64,000 nt of DNA from Oligoflexales bacterium. Lineage in GTDB: Bacteria > Bdellovibrionota_B > Oligoflexia > Oligoflexales > Bog-1112. Below are positions 17,610 to 27,723 of this stretch, one piece after another. The notes under the pieces are model-generated. The model saw only the letters and a program-made list of their open reading frames with translations, had not been told where the DNA came from and ran no database searches. Where the stretch lies: assembly GCA_045105515.1 (NCBI GenBank), contig JBGCDR010000181.1:4460-68459 (forward strand). Direction: 5' to 3'. Numbering within the stretch: position 1 is the first letter of the stretch; every line of letters starts with the position of its first letter. The position numbers and the translations under genes were made by a program.

Positions 17610-19400
17610 ATGTTGACTCGACTTGAAGTTCAGGGCCTTGTCTTGATCAAGCATATAGAGGTCTCTTTTTCTTCTGGGTTTCACGTAATCACTGGTGAAA
17701 CAGGAGCGGGAAAGTCTATATTAATAAAAGCCATTCACCTGCTCCTCGGAGGTAAGGCATCAGCTGATACGATTGCAAAAGGCTGCAAGCAAGCAAGTGC
17801 AACGGGAAGTTTTCGTATTCCGAGCTCTCATAAGTGTTTTAAAGTTTTAGAAAGCTTAGGCGTTCCACAAATAAAGGACGGTGACAACCTATTAGTACGC
17901 AGGACTATCACCACAAAAGGACGCTCGTATTGTTGGATCAATGATACTCCTTTGACCATCAGTAGTCTGAGGCTTGTTGGTGAGACTCTGATCGATGTTT
18001 TTGCCCAACACGACAACCAAAAACTTTTAGATGAAAGTAGCCACACTCGCCAACTTGACGCATTTATCAAGACAAAAAATTGCTATGAAAACTATCGATC
18101 TTCCTACAAAAAAACTGTTGAATATTATTCAACTCTGCAAACCCTTGTTATGGACTTAAAGAAAAAGCTCCAGAGTCAAGACTATACCCTATTCAGGCAA
18201 AACCAGATGAAAGAATTAAATCCATGCCAGGAAGAGTACCTTGATTTAATAACTTTTTGTAAAAAAGCAGAAGGCAATTTCCAGAAAAAACAGCACCTAC
18301 TTGCTGTCGTAAAAACTTTAAATGAGGGCCACGATGGAAAATCTCTCAGTCAAGCTCTATGGAGCAGTAAAGACAAGCTCCTAAATACACCTGGCAACTG
18401 TGAAAAAAGCAAAAAAATGGGCACTAATATCGAAGAACTAGCTACTTCCCTGGATGATATTAGTTACGAGTTAGAACAACTCGTTGAAACAATTGGCTTA
18501 GACGAAGATAAATTGGAGCAAGCACAGTCACGACTTGCAGAGTATCAAACATTTATGCGGAAACTTAGTTTTTCGGATATAAAACAACTTTTAGAAGAAC
18601 AACAAAATATTGAAAGAGAAATCTCATATCTCGAAACTGCTACTGAAGGAATTGCGACCGCTCTTAAGCAACTCACCGCTCAATGTAAGAAACTACTACT
18701 GGCTGGTGAGCGGTTAAGTAAGGGCAGAAAAGAAGCTGTTGGTTCGATACGTAAAAAAGTTATTCAAGAATTTGCAGATTTGGGCATGAAAGCAACAAAA
18801 CTCGATGTGGAATTTATCAATCAAAAGGAAGCTCCACTTAGTTTAGATCTGAGCATCCTAGGAGATGAATTTTTGCAAGACTATGCTCTTGAGTGGAAAT
18901 CAATTTGTAAAATTCTATCCAAATTTAAAGAAGAAGGACAAGAAAAGGTTAGATTTCTCCTTGCAACTAATCCTGGAGAAGATCCGAAGCCGCTAAGCAA
19001 AATCGCTTCCGGAGGAGAAGTCTCACGAATTATGCTCGCTTTGAAGCGAGCGCTCATTGCTGAAGCTGAAACATGTATTTTAGTTTTTGATGAAATTGAT
19101 ACCGGAATATCGGGTAGAGTAGCAGATATGGTTGGCAAAAAACTTCGCGAAATGGCAGATGGTGTTCAAATCATCTGTATTTCACATCTTGCTCAAGTTG
19201 CTTCCTATGCTCATCATCACCTACAAGTAAGTAAAACCGTAAGTAAAAATAAAGCAGCGCAGGTAGATCTAAAGACCTTGAATGAACAAGAAAAAGTTGA
19301 GGAAATAGCAAGACTACTATCAGGTGATGAGATCACTCAGCTAAGCCTTGCTAACGCCAAAAGCTTGGTGGAAAGAATTAACGAGTCTACATTGGCGTAA
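17610..19400 (+). CDS. recN: DNA repair protein RecN
   Basis: Walker A 'ITGETGAGKSIL', a long coiled-coil middle region, the signature 'ASGGEVSRIMLALK', and Walker B 'ILVFDEIDTGISG'. I set the start at ATG 17610 (GAGGA 7 nt upstream) rather than TTG 17592. Confidence 0.9.
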   Translation: MLTRLEVQGLVLIKHIEVSFSSGFHVITGETGAGKSILIKAIHLLLGGKASADTIAKGCKQASATGSFRIPSSHKCFKVLESLGVPQIKDGDNLLVRRTITTKGRSYCWINDTPLTISSLRLVGETLIDVFAQHDNQKLLDESSHTRQLDAFIKTKNCYENYRSSYKKTVEYYSTLQTLVMDLKKKLQSQDYTLFRQNQMKELNPCQEEYLDLITFCKKAEGNFQKKQHLLAVVKTLNEGHDGKSLSQALWSSKDKLLNTPGNCEKSKKMGTNIEELATSLDDISYELEQLVETIGLDEDKLEQAQSRLAEYQTFMRKLSFSDIKQLLEEQQNIEREISYLETATEGIATALKQLTAQCKKLLLAGERLSKGRKEAVGSIRKKVIQEFADLGMKATKLDVEFINQKEAPLSLDLSILGDEFLQDYALEWKSICKILSKFKEEGQEKVRFLLATNPGEDPKPLSKIASGGEVSRIMLALKRALIAEAETCILVFDEIDTGISGRVADMVGKKLREMADGVQIICISHLAQVASYAHHHLQVSKTVSKNKAAQVDLKTLNEQEKVEEIARLLSGDEITQLSLANAKSLVERINESTLA

Positions 19401-20910
19401 GAGGTCTCAGTAATTCTTCCGAGTGCATTGCTTTTCGTTCCTGTTTTTCCTTTTGCAAGGAAAACATCCTTTCTGTCTGTTTTGCTTTTTTTTCAGGGAG
19501 ATAAAATGGAACTTCGATATGAGTAGTCACTCCAGGCTTGACGTAAACGGTCTGTTTATATACCTGTCTATCAATATCGGAAATCATTGTATACCGGGTT
19601 AAGGAGTAAGCACCTGCTATGAGAGTCATAGTCGTTTCTCGATCGGAGCTGATATCATGAGAGTGCCCACTAAACTGTTCACCTAATACCTCTAGTCGTA
19701 ATAGGTCAGTTAGATACGCAGGCTTGTAATATGGTTTTGGTGTTATCTTTACTTTGCCTACATATAACTTCAGATTATCTTTCTTAAGTGGTAGTCGATA
19801 ACGAATTCCTTTAGATCCCTCAATACCAACTTCAATGCTATCATTCTTGTAGAGAATCGGCACATCAGAGATGCTCTCAAGAAATGGATATTGCTGACCA
19901 GATAAATACAAACTTACTTCTCTCTTACCTAGGCATTCCCACTCCCAAGGTGAGCACCCTAAATCCACATGAATGCTTTTCATATTTAGCTGTGAGGTTT
20001 GATTTTCAACTAAGTCAACAAAATGATATCGATTTGAGCCATCAATTCTGAGCTTCGCTTTACCAGGTAAAACAGGGTAAAAGATATCAACCTCAAGTGA
20101 ATGATGATCGTTGAGCTCAATGTTAAACGGGTTACCTCTTATTTTTGTAAACAAGTCTAGGTCGATCTTAGGAGAAGTGTTTATTTTCAAACCTGCGGGG
20201 TGAATTAACCGCGATTCTTTTTCTTTTAGATTTACGAGACTGTCGGTCCCATTTACATAAACCACATAGGCTCCTGGAAGCAGAAATTGCCATTTACCAA
20301 AGGTCTGAGCCTGAGTTATGGATAATAAATCATTGCTTGGAGATATAAAGTACAAGGAATATGGGCTATTATTTTGAACCCATTTAGCTACCTGAAAAGC
20401 TGAAAGCTGGTAAGAAATCACCTTTGGTTTAAGATCTTTAGTCTGTGGGAAATCTATCTTCAAAGGCAGCATACCTACCAAGAGATCTCTAGCTCCTGAG
20501 ATCATATGAAAGGAAAACCGGTTAGTGATCTGCTGTTTCAAATGTGAACCATCGTAGCGACTACATTGGATAGAAAACAAATCACCCTCTTCCGGGGGAT
20601 GTGGAGGGATAAACTCGACCTTGTGAGCTACTGTATGAAAACGTTCTCCTGGTAAAATTGTCACCGTCTGGTGGGAGCAATCGGCAAGTACCAAATAGCT
20701 ACCCGGAGATAAGGCTAAGTCCTGATTAAAAAAACCCATATGTTCAGCGACATACTGGAGGCTAGAGTCTCCAGCAATGCTATATAATTCATAAGTTCCT
20801 TCTGATGGAGCAGAAATATGCAATACCCCTTTTTCCTGAGAGCGTTGGCACCCAAGAGGAAAAAAAAGGATATAGGTGAGCAGGAGCTTTAGTATTGAAT
20901 GCAGGTACAC
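19387..20910 (-). CDS. Hypothetical lipoprotein with repeated beta-sandwich-like modules
   Basis: 507 aa. GTG start with a GGGAGA RBS. The lipobox is 'FFPLGC'. The strand signature 'PGSYLVLAD', 'PGAYVVYVNG', 'AGAYSLTRY' recurs and is PEGA / carboxypeptidase-regulatory-like. Confidence 0.55.
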   Translation of the reverse strand: MYLHSILKLLLTYILFFPLGCQRSQEKGVLHISAPSEGTYELYSIAGDSSLQYVAEHMGFFNQDLALSPGSYLVLADCSHQTVTILPGERFHTVAHKVEFIPPHPPEEGDLFSIQCSRYDGSHLKQQITNRFSFHMISGARDLLVGMLPLKIDFPQTKDLKPKVISYQLSAFQVAKWVQNNSPYSLYFISPSNDLLSITQAQTFGKWQFLLPGAYVVYVNGTDSLVNLKEKESRLIHPAGLKINTSPKIDLDLFTKIRGNPFNIELNDHHSLEVDIFYPVLPGKAKLRIDGSNRYHFVDLVENQTSQLNMKSIHVDLGCSPWEWECLGKREVSLYLSGQQYPFLESISDVPILYKNDSIEVGIEGSKGIRYRLPLKKDNLKLYVGKVKITPKPYYKPAYLTDLLRLEVLGEQFSGHSHDISSDRETTMTLIAGAYSLTRYTMISDIDRQVYKQTVYVKPGVTTHIEVPFYLPEKKAKQTERMFSLQKEKQERKAMHSEELLRPLTPM

Positions 20911-20969
20911 GGTTTTGATCTCCCTAATTGCATCTATCTTGCTGGAAGATCAATTATCTCTATTATTGG

Positions 20970-21716
20970 CTAGAAGGCAAATGTCACATTTCCGCTAAGC
21001 TGAGCACTCATTAAAGTTCCGGCTCCCAAATGTAGGCGAGCTCCAACGGAGAGTTTTTCCATGGCAAGCCAGTCTACCCCTCCCCCAAACACCAAAGCAG
21101 CTCCAGTATCTTCTGGCTGCTTTTCATCAGCAAGTCCAATAATATCATTCAAATGAATCATGATAATTCCAAGCTCACCGGAAGCAACAGCCGTAAGTCC
21201 TTTGCCTAGAGGTAATGACCATCCCCCACCAAATAAATAAGACTCAACAACCCCTGTATAAGCCTCGGAGGGTGTCTCCTCATCTAAGTGAGGCGCAACA
21301 TCCATGGGTGCATAACGAAAAGTGCCTGATAATTCGCCTCCCACAAGCTGTTTCCCAAGTTTGTAAGTAAGAGTTACATCACTTGATCCACTTGCTCTCC
21401 AATGGGCGCTGCCACCTTGAATGTAAGCAAAACCATAGCTAGTCCCTATGAACAACTTGTCAGCAATATGCTTACTAAGCTTACTTCTGACCATATCTTC
21501 CGCAGGTTTTTCACTAACAGTAGGGTCGGCATTATCGATCTCGGCCCCTGGCACAGAAGGAGGTGCTAGGTCTTGCTCTGGAGCCGAAGATGGAGGAGGA
21601 GGAGGAGTTGGAGCTAACTCATTCAGACCTTTTCCCCAGCTCTGAGAACTAGCTAAACTAACAGCAAGTACCCAGAGGTAACAAAACCTTTGCGGTGGTC
21701 TTAGGTTAAACCACAT
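20970..21716 (-). CDS. Outer-membrane beta-barrel protein with Pro-rich N-terminal linker
   Basis: Signal peptide, then the linker 'APTPPPPPSSAPEQDLAPPSVPG', then an alternating Gly/aromatic strand pattern. The C-terminal 'NVTFAF' ends in Phe. GGGAGG RBS. Confidence 0.6.
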   Translation of the reverse strand: MWFNLRPPQRFCYLWVLAVSLASSQSWGKGLNELAPTPPPPPSSAPEQDLAPPSVPGAEIDNADPTVSEKPAEDMVRSKLSKHIADKLFIGTSYGFAYIQGGSAHWRASGSSDVTLTYKLGKQLVGGELSGTFRYAPMDVAPHLDEETPSEAYTGVVESYLFGGGWSLPLGKGLTAVASGELGIIMIHLNDIIGLADEKQPEDTGAALVFGGGVDWLAMEKLSVGARLHLGAGTLMSAQLSGNVTFAF

Positions 21717-21732
21717 TAGTTAGAACCTCCCA

Positions 21733-22836
21733 TCAAATTAGTAGTTTTAACTGCATCGTGTAGCGGCGTTCAGCAAGATCATCATGTGTACCTACCACAG
21801 GAGCATGGTCCACTGCGTAAGTAGCAAATCTCAAATTAAGTAAACCAACATCGAATTGAAATCCAGCGGTCAAATAGCCCTCTTTAAGGCCCGTTTGGAC
21901 TTTAATAATTTCCGAATACCCCCACTCAAGTCCCATATTAAGCTTATGAGAATAATGAACAGGTTGATTGATCATATGTGCATCAACAGCAGCAAGGACG
22001 TACATACGATCAGTTTTTATAGGTTTAATACTAAATCCAGTATTTACTGAAGGAAGCCTAGCTTCTGGAGCACCAATGGATGTACTTCCAACATCCATTT
22101 TCTCGTAAACAGTGCCTCCAACATCGGTAATACTAAGCCCAAAAGTAGGTTCCATGGTCTTAATGGGTGTGAACAGCATACCCACATCAGCACCTACACC
22201 CGAACCTCCTTCTACAAACCCCTCTAAATCTTCAGGATCAGTTAAAGCTGAAATGGTTTGGATCGTAAAATTCGCCTTTATACCACCTTTTGCAATAAGC
22301 TTTAGCGATCCCCCTATGCTTAGACGATCCTCAAGAAAATTCATTGCAAAAGATATTGGGGCCACAAGCCTTGGACCAGTTTCAAACTCAATATTTATAT
22401 TGCTATGGGCTACAAGTGAAAATGGTAGCGATAGACCGACCCCAAGACCAAAATGCTTAAATATCAGATGAGGAGTGAGGTACCCTGCCATATGATGAAT
22501 TTTGCCAGTTTGTGCTTGGAAAAGGTCAAGCACATCTGATGTTTGCTCGAAAGAGCCACTAGGAAGCTCTAGCAATTCATTGATAAAGTCGACGGTGCTC
22601 TTACCAATTTCAAGTGCCGGATTCAAAAATTCTCCATCCCACTCTTTTAGTCGAGCTAAGCCGGCTGGATTGTAAAATAAAGCGTTATAGTCATCTGCAA
22701 CAGCAACATAGGCATTCCCCATAGCCAAAGGACGCATGCCAAAGTGAGTCCATCGCAGCTCTTTTGCGACGAGAGCAGTGCTTGTAAAAAGCACGCAAAG
22801 ACAAATGAAATACCGCACAGTCTGCCTGCAATCCAT
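21733..22836 (-). CDS. Outer-membrane barrel protein (FadL/PorV-like N-terminal motif)
   Basis: I set the start at ATG 22836 (CAGGAG RBS 9 nt upstream; signal peptide MDCRQTVRYFICLCVLFTSTALVA). 'LAMGNAYVAVADDYNALFYNPAGLA' is typical of FadL/PorV-type barrels. Confidence 0.55.
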   Translation of the reverse strand: MDCRQTVRYFICLCVLFTSTALVAKELRWTHFGMRPLAMGNAYVAVADDYNALFYNPAGLARLKEWDGEFLNPALEIGKSTVDFINELLELPSGSFEQTSDVLDLFQAQTGKIHHMAGYLTPHLIFKHFGLGVGLSLPFSLVAHSNINIEFETGPRLVAPISFAMNFLEDRLSIGGSLKLIAKGGIKANFTIQTISALTDPEDLEGFVEGGSGVGADVGMLFTPIKTMEPTFGLSITDVGGTVYEKMDVGSTSIGAPEARLPSVNTGFSIKPIKTDRMYVLAAVDAHMINQPVHYSHKLNMGLEWGYSEIIKVQTGLKEGYLTAGFQFDVGLLNLRFATYAVDHAPVVGTHDDLAERRYTMQLKLLI

Positions 22837-23012
22837 TCTTGTAAGCTCCTGGGTTTGAAAGAAGTTCAAGCGAATCAATCTAACCAACTGCAAAAACACA
22901 TAATTACTATTGTTGAATTGACCTTCATTGTATCACACTCAGGATTGGAAAGACTAAGCTAAGGTGTATTGGCGTTACAATTCTTATGAAAAAAAGCTGG
23001 CGGCTCACAGCG

Positions 23013-23032
23013 TTGAACGTGTATAAGTTCAA
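23013..23032. promoter_or_regulatory. Candidate TetR operator palindrome
   Basis: TTGAAC-gtgtataa-GTTCAA (6-bp inverted arms), about 85 nt upstream of the TetR-family gene start. Confidence 0.25.
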
Positions 23033-23116
23033 TGCTAATATGGGCCAATGCTACTAATTATTAAATTCCCCAATACTAGCTAGATAAAAACTAAAAGGTG
23101 CAGGAGCAAGGTCAAA

Positions 23117-23710
23117 ATGACAAAAGCGGATGTGGCTGCAGAGCGGAAGAATCAAATTGTTAGAGCAACTGTAGATTGCATTGCAAAATACGGGTATCAT
23201 AATTTCTCAATGCAAGATGTTGCGAGAACTGCTGGAGTAAGTAAAGGGATTATACATTATTATTTCTTGAATAAAGATGACCTCATGATGTCAGTCTTGG
23301 ACAAAGTTGCCTCTGATATAGAGCGTGTCCTCCATGCTGACATGGACTCAATTGACAATCCTAAGAAGAAATTAGAAATATTCATTGACATTTGTCTTGA
23401 CGTTGTCAGAAGCACCAAAGAATACTACCAAGTGAACATGGATTTTTGGACTCAAATAAATCAAAAAGAAGAAGTAAGGCAAGTAATTGCGAAACATTAT
23501 GTTAAATTCAGAGAAACATGCTCGAAAGTAATAATAGAAGGAATAAAAAAGGGACAATTTGTTTCTGTTGAACCATATGAATACAGTTCCTATATAATAG
23601 CAGTTATAGATGGTATCAGCCTTCAGTGGCTATTTGATGAAAAAGTTTTTAATTACGATAAAATGTCAAAGCAAATCTGTCAGTTAATTATGAGGGGTTT
23701 GTTGCCTTAA
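23117..23710 (+). CDS. TetR/AcrR-family transcriptional regulator
   Basis: The N-terminal HTH is 'YHNFSMQDVARTAGVSKGIIHYYFLNKDDLM'. At 197 aa the length is typical for the family. Confidence 0.9.
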   Translation: MTKADVAAERKNQIVRATVDCIAKYGYHNFSMQDVARTAGVSKGIIHYYFLNKDDLMMSVLDKVASDIERVLHADMDSIDNPKKKLEIFIDICLDVVRSTKEYYQVNMDFWTQINQKEEVRQVIAKHYVKFRETCSKVIIEGIKKGQFVSVEPYEYSSYIIAVIDGISLQWLFDEKVFNYDKMSKQICQLIMRGLLP

Positions 23711-23721
23711 ATCCTAACTTA

Positions 23722-24843
23722 ATGAGAAGAACTATGACTTTTGATGTAAGGGATAAGACTTTGGAGCAGGTCAATTCCATGGTACTAAAAGTCAGAACGA
23801 AGGAAGCCCTCAGTGAAGAGGAAATTAGTAATTTTTTAAACACCTTCGAAAGTTACGAATGTTGGACCCCTTATCTGATGTTGTTAAGCTCGAAGCTTGA
23901 CATATCTGATTCGCCCAATAAAAAAGATTACTATATTTCTTATATCAAGACCCAAAACATTCACTTAAAAAATTCATCTGGCGCCTTAAGCATGTGTAAG
24001 CGCATGATAAAGGATCTCAACCTGAGTTTTATGGAGTTTTGGTCTAAGGTGCTTCCAGAGATTTCCTTAAAACAAGACCATGAAAGTAAAGCTGCTTTTC
24101 TTAAAACTGCGTCAACCCAATTTAAGACGATACCCGAACAGGTGGCATGCCTAGAACACCTTGGCATGATCTATGACAAGAAGATCCACCTTGAGCATGA
24201 ATTACCAGATGTTTACGAAAAGATACTCGAACTGGATCCTAGCAATGTAAAAGCCCTTAAGTATTTTAAAGCGGTATTCACACAGACAGGTTCCTGGGAA
24301 GAAGTGGCTGGAGCATTAGGAAGACTATTGAAAGCTGTAAGCCACAAAAATGAGGAATACCGGGTTGCCCAAGAGTTGGCAGGAGTTTTTTTATACCAGC
24401 TTAACAACCCGCAAAAAGCTATCGACGTGTTAGAAAAGTACTGTGCACAGAGCCCACTGGACACTTCCACCATCCACTACGATGCTTATGCTAGCCTTCA
24501 GGATTGGTCCGGCTGCTTAAAGGTATTAAACCGCTGTATTTTAACCACTGAGGAAGATACGGTCCAAGCAACTCTTTACTACCGAATAGGCCAACTTCAC
24601 GCCCAGCTTGGCAATAATTCCGCAGCAGATTCCAGCCTACAAAAATCCCTAGAGCTTTGGCCACAATTTTTAGAGCCATTAGAGGAACTCATACACATTG
24701 CTGTCGATAAAAAAGATTGGCCTACTTTAAAAAAATACTTAGAAACTCTCGAAAATCTGATACAAGGGGAAGACCAAAAGCGAAAAGTTGCCTCCCTCAT
24801 TGACGTCATAAAAGGGTGCCTAGGGAATGAAAAAATCGAATGA
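23722..24843 (+). CDS. TPR-repeat protein
   Basis: 373 aa with TPR-like helical repeats (for example 'EKILELDPSNVKALKYFKAVFTQTGSWEEVAGAL' and 'YYRIGQLHAQLGNNSAADSSLQKSLELWPQ'). It starts 11 nt after the TetR stop. Confidence 0.6.
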   Translation: MRRTMTFDVRDKTLEQVNSMVLKVRTKEALSEEEISNFLNTFESYECWTPYLMLLSSKLDISDSPNKKDYYISYIKTQNIHLKNSSGALSMCKRMIKDLNLSFMEFWSKVLPEISLKQDHESKAAFLKTASTQFKTIPEQVACLEHLGMIYDKKIHLEHELPDVYEKILELDPSNVKALKYFKAVFTQTGSWEEVAGALGRLLKAVSHKNEEYRVAQELAGVFLYQLNNPQKAIDVLEKYCAQSPLDTSTIHYDAYASLQDWSGCLKVLNRCILTTEEDTVQATLYYRIGQLHAQLGNNSAADSSLQKSLELWPQFLEPLEELIHIAVDKKDWPTLKKYLETLENLIQGEDQKRKVASLIDVIKGCLGNEKIE

Positions 24844-25873
24844 TATATCCGTCTTAATGAAGTCCTACAAGATTCAATTCGAGCCTATCCCTTTTATTGC
24901 CCGTTCCCTAACCGAAAGTTTCCCAAAACGATTTAATACTAGCAAATTACTGATTAGTGGGCTTTATAAAGTAGTTGGCTCCACCCAAGTCAAATGCGAC
25001 CAGTACTTTATCAACGCTCCAGAACAGCGCCAAGCATTTAATGATTTAAGCCGTTTTGACCCAATCACTGAACTGATTCACATAGACTTTCTTCCTTTTA
25101 AACAGTTGCTAAAGCTACTGGAGACATGGAAACAGCCAACCTCACTTTCGATCTATGATCATCAAGATTACAAAATAGACAAACCTCTGTGTGAGCTAGC
25201 ACAAGCACTCCACGGAATTTATCCAAATTTGCAGTCCGATCTTGGGAAACGTTATCTTGACGAATCTTTGAACAGCGACCTTCTCAATAAGCATTTTCCA
25301 TATACTGATGATGCCTTAGTATTGCAAGAAAGACCGGGAAAAATGGTCATTTGGAACCCTCGAATGGCTTGCGAACAAGGATTCTCTCAAAAGTACAAAA
25401 ATGTATCGAGCGAACATGTACAAAAAAAATCGCTAATGAATGTTGGAAGAACTCAAGGTTTGGTGAGCATGATTGTTTGGGAAGGGCACGACCATCCGCA
25501 CACCGTACATAAGCAACTAAGCGCTATGTCTTATAGACTTGAAGACCATGGATTTGACCTTACAGCACCCGAAAAAATTACTGACAAGATTTGGGATTTT
25601 GCCAAATCGATCTTCGCAAACCAAGGTGATAGTAAAGTACATATCTACTTATCTTGTCCTTTTCAGACCATCACCAATGCTTTAATGCAGTCCTTTGGAA
25701 AAGTTTTATCTGGTAAACCACTTTCTTTCAAGGTTCATGATCTTATAACTGGATACAGCCCTAAGCTCTCATTTATGAGTTTTCTATCTTCAATTGAAGA
25801 AGCTGCTATTTTCGTAGATTTAAGTGATTTTCCAGAAGTCGTTTGCGTTGTTGGCCAAAATGAAGGGGGCTGA
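24827..25873 (+). CDS. Hypothetical protein
   Basis: 348-aa ORF whose start overlaps the TPR gene end by 17 nt. No motif recognised. Confidence 0.55.
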   Translation: MKKSNDISVLMKSYKIQFEPIPFIARSLTESFPKRFNTSKLLISGLYKVVGSTQVKCDQYFINAPEQRQAFNDLSRFDPITELIHIDFLPFKQLLKLLETWKQPTSLSIYDHQDYKIDKPLCELAQALHGIYPNLQSDLGKRYLDESLNSDLLNKHFPYTDDALVLQERPGKMVIWNPRMACEQGFSQKYKNVSSEHVQKKSLMNVGRTQGLVSMIVWEGHDHPHTVHKQLSAMSYRLEDHGFDLTAPEKITDKIWDFAKSIFANQGDSKVHIYLSCPFQTITNALMQSFGKVLSGKPLSFKVHDLITGYSPKLSFMSFLSSIEEAAIFVDLSDFPEVVCVVGQNEGG

Positions 25874-25875
25874 TT

Positions 25876-27723
25876 TTGGAAAGCTATATTAAAGATGATA
25901 TCGGGTTCATAAATATCGAACCTCACGCTGACCTAATCAGCGAAAAAGGTTTTGAATATCTTAAAAATCTTAGATCCGAACTCCTAGAGTTCTCTAAGCA
26001 AAAGTTAAGCACTATTTTTTTCATCCAGCTGGAAAAAGTAGAAGATAATTTGGAGTGCTGGGAAAAAAAAACAAGAAACGATCTTTTGCTACATGATTTA
26101 TACAAAAAAATTCTATTTCTTAGATCAGTTCTTTATTTTATTCATAACAGCGCACAACAATTTATCTATATAGGTGGAGATAGCTGTCTTGGATCTTTTT
26201 GGGAACTAGCTTTATGCTGCGATAAACGTATGTGGTTTGCGGCTGATGGCACTGTAGGATTCCCCGAAATAGATCTAGGATTTTCTCCATTAGGGGGAAG
26301 TCTAGAACATCTTGCCGAGGAATCCTCTAGAACCAAGGATCAATGGTTTGAGCAATCTACCTTGACTCTTACTAGAGCAAAAGAAAAAGGTTTTATAGAT
26401 TTTTTAGGTGGCTCAACGTTTCATCCCGAGTACGCTATTAATTGGGTCAAAGAGAATTCGCAGGGATCAAGTAATAGAAAAGTACAACCGGAAACTAACT
26501 TTAAGCCACTTGAGTGGGACAAAATCCAGGAACTAGAAAAACAATGGTTAGCTATTAAACGGATCACAAACTTATCTCAGTCATGGGAATATGCCTGGAG
26601 TCTCAATAAATCAAAACGCTGGTTCAAAACTTCACAGGAATACGAAAATTTAATCTCTTTTGTCTTAGGTAGATTCATTCTCGCTCCTTCATTAAAAAGG
26701 CTTGCAACAAAAGTAGATATTGGCAAATTTCAGGCTGAACATATTGATCATAAGGTTGTATATATAGATAGTGAACTGTGGGCACCACCACTCGAAATCT
26801 TTGGCTACCTTCTAATGAATCAATATAGGATCGTATTCTTTGGTGAAAATCCAAAAGTTTTAGCTTCGCTACTTGAACGTATGTTTCTTAAATTAGATCG
26901 ATTGGAAGATAAACAGCTTTTAAAAAAACTCTGGTCAAAATATGTCAGTTGGTTTCATGGAAACAAAATCGGTCCAAAATCTATCGCAATTAGATGGAAC
27001 ATCGGTGATACCATTGAGATCTTTTTCAACAACAGAACATTTCATTTCCTCAATTTAGAAAGTAACCTTTTTGATGCCAAAAAAGGTTATATGGAAAGAG
27101 TAGCTCCTAGTACTGATCAAATTGAAGAAAAAAGAGTAGAGGACCTAGTCAATAAAATAAGTTTTGGAGTTATTAAAGAAAAGATTATAGGCAAAGATAC
27201 TCCTATCAGCAGTTGGATTAGATTAATGATCCTCCAAGAGATCATTAAATTAGCAAACAATTTTGAAGGTGAAATTGACAAACTCTTATCTAGTCTGAAT
27301 CAAAAAGGATGGAGGTTTGCAGGATCTGAAGAAAGATGGGGTCATTTTCTTCAGACCAGGAGAGGAAGTATTTATCCAGACAAAGGAGTTTGCTTTCCGG
27401 GCAAGGATATTTGGAACCTTGGAAGGTGGAAGCAAGTTTATACCCTTCTCCAACCAAAGAAAAAATCCTCTAGATATTGGAACCCTGCAGAAATGGAAGT
27501 TCACTTAAGCCTATACTTACTTGCACTTAGTGAGTACTTATGTAGAAAAAATTTCTTTCAACATGAAAAACAATCTTTATTACTACTTAGCGAAGCAATT
27601 GGCTTTCCCCGAGGCTTAGGAAACCCAAAGGACTATATGCTGTGCTGGGGAAGAAGAAGGTACAACTTATATAAGAATCGATTTTGGCCTTACTTAGAGA
27701 ACACAAAAGGAATCAGCCAATGA
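25876..27723 (+). CDS. FadB/FadJ-like protein: crotonase-fold N-domain plus degenerate 3-hydroxyacyl-CoA-dehydrogenase-like region
   Basis: TTG start preceded by GAAGGGGG. The crotonase signature is 'GGDSCLGSFWELALCCDKRMWFAADGTVGFPEIDLGFSPLGGSLEHL'. Where the Rossmann GxGxxG is expected I read 'VVYIDSELWAPP'. The C-terminal 'SEAIGFPRGLGNPKDYM' resembles the FadB C-domain. Confidence 0.55.
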   Translation: MESYIKDDIGFINIEPHADLISEKGFEYLKNLRSELLEFSKQKLSTIFFIQLEKVEDNLECWEKKTRNDLLLHDLYKKILFLRSVLYFIHNSAQQFIYIGGDSCLGSFWELALCCDKRMWFAADGTVGFPEIDLGFSPLGGSLEHLAEESSRTKDQWFEQSTLTLTRAKEKGFIDFLGGSTFHPEYAINWVKENSQGSSNRKVQPETNFKPLEWDKIQELEKQWLAIKRITNLSQSWEYAWSLNKSKRWFKTSQEYENLISFVLGRFILAPSLKRLATKVDIGKFQAEHIDHKVVYIDSELWAPPLEIFGYLLMNQYRIVFFGENPKVLASLLERMFLKLDRLEDKQLLKKLWSKYVSWFHGNKIGPKSIAIRWNIGDTIEIFFNNRTFHFLNLESNLFDAKKGYMERVAPSTDQIEEKRVEDLVNKISFGVIKEKIIGKDTPISSWIRLMILQEIIKLANNFEGEIDKLLSSLNQKGWRFAGSEERWGHFLQTRRGSIYPDKGVCFPGKDIWNLGRWKQVYTLLQPKKKSSRYWNPAEMEVHLSLYLLALSEYLCRKNFFQHEKQSLLLLSEAIGFPRGLGNPKDYMLCWGRRRYNLYKNRFWPYLENTKGISQ

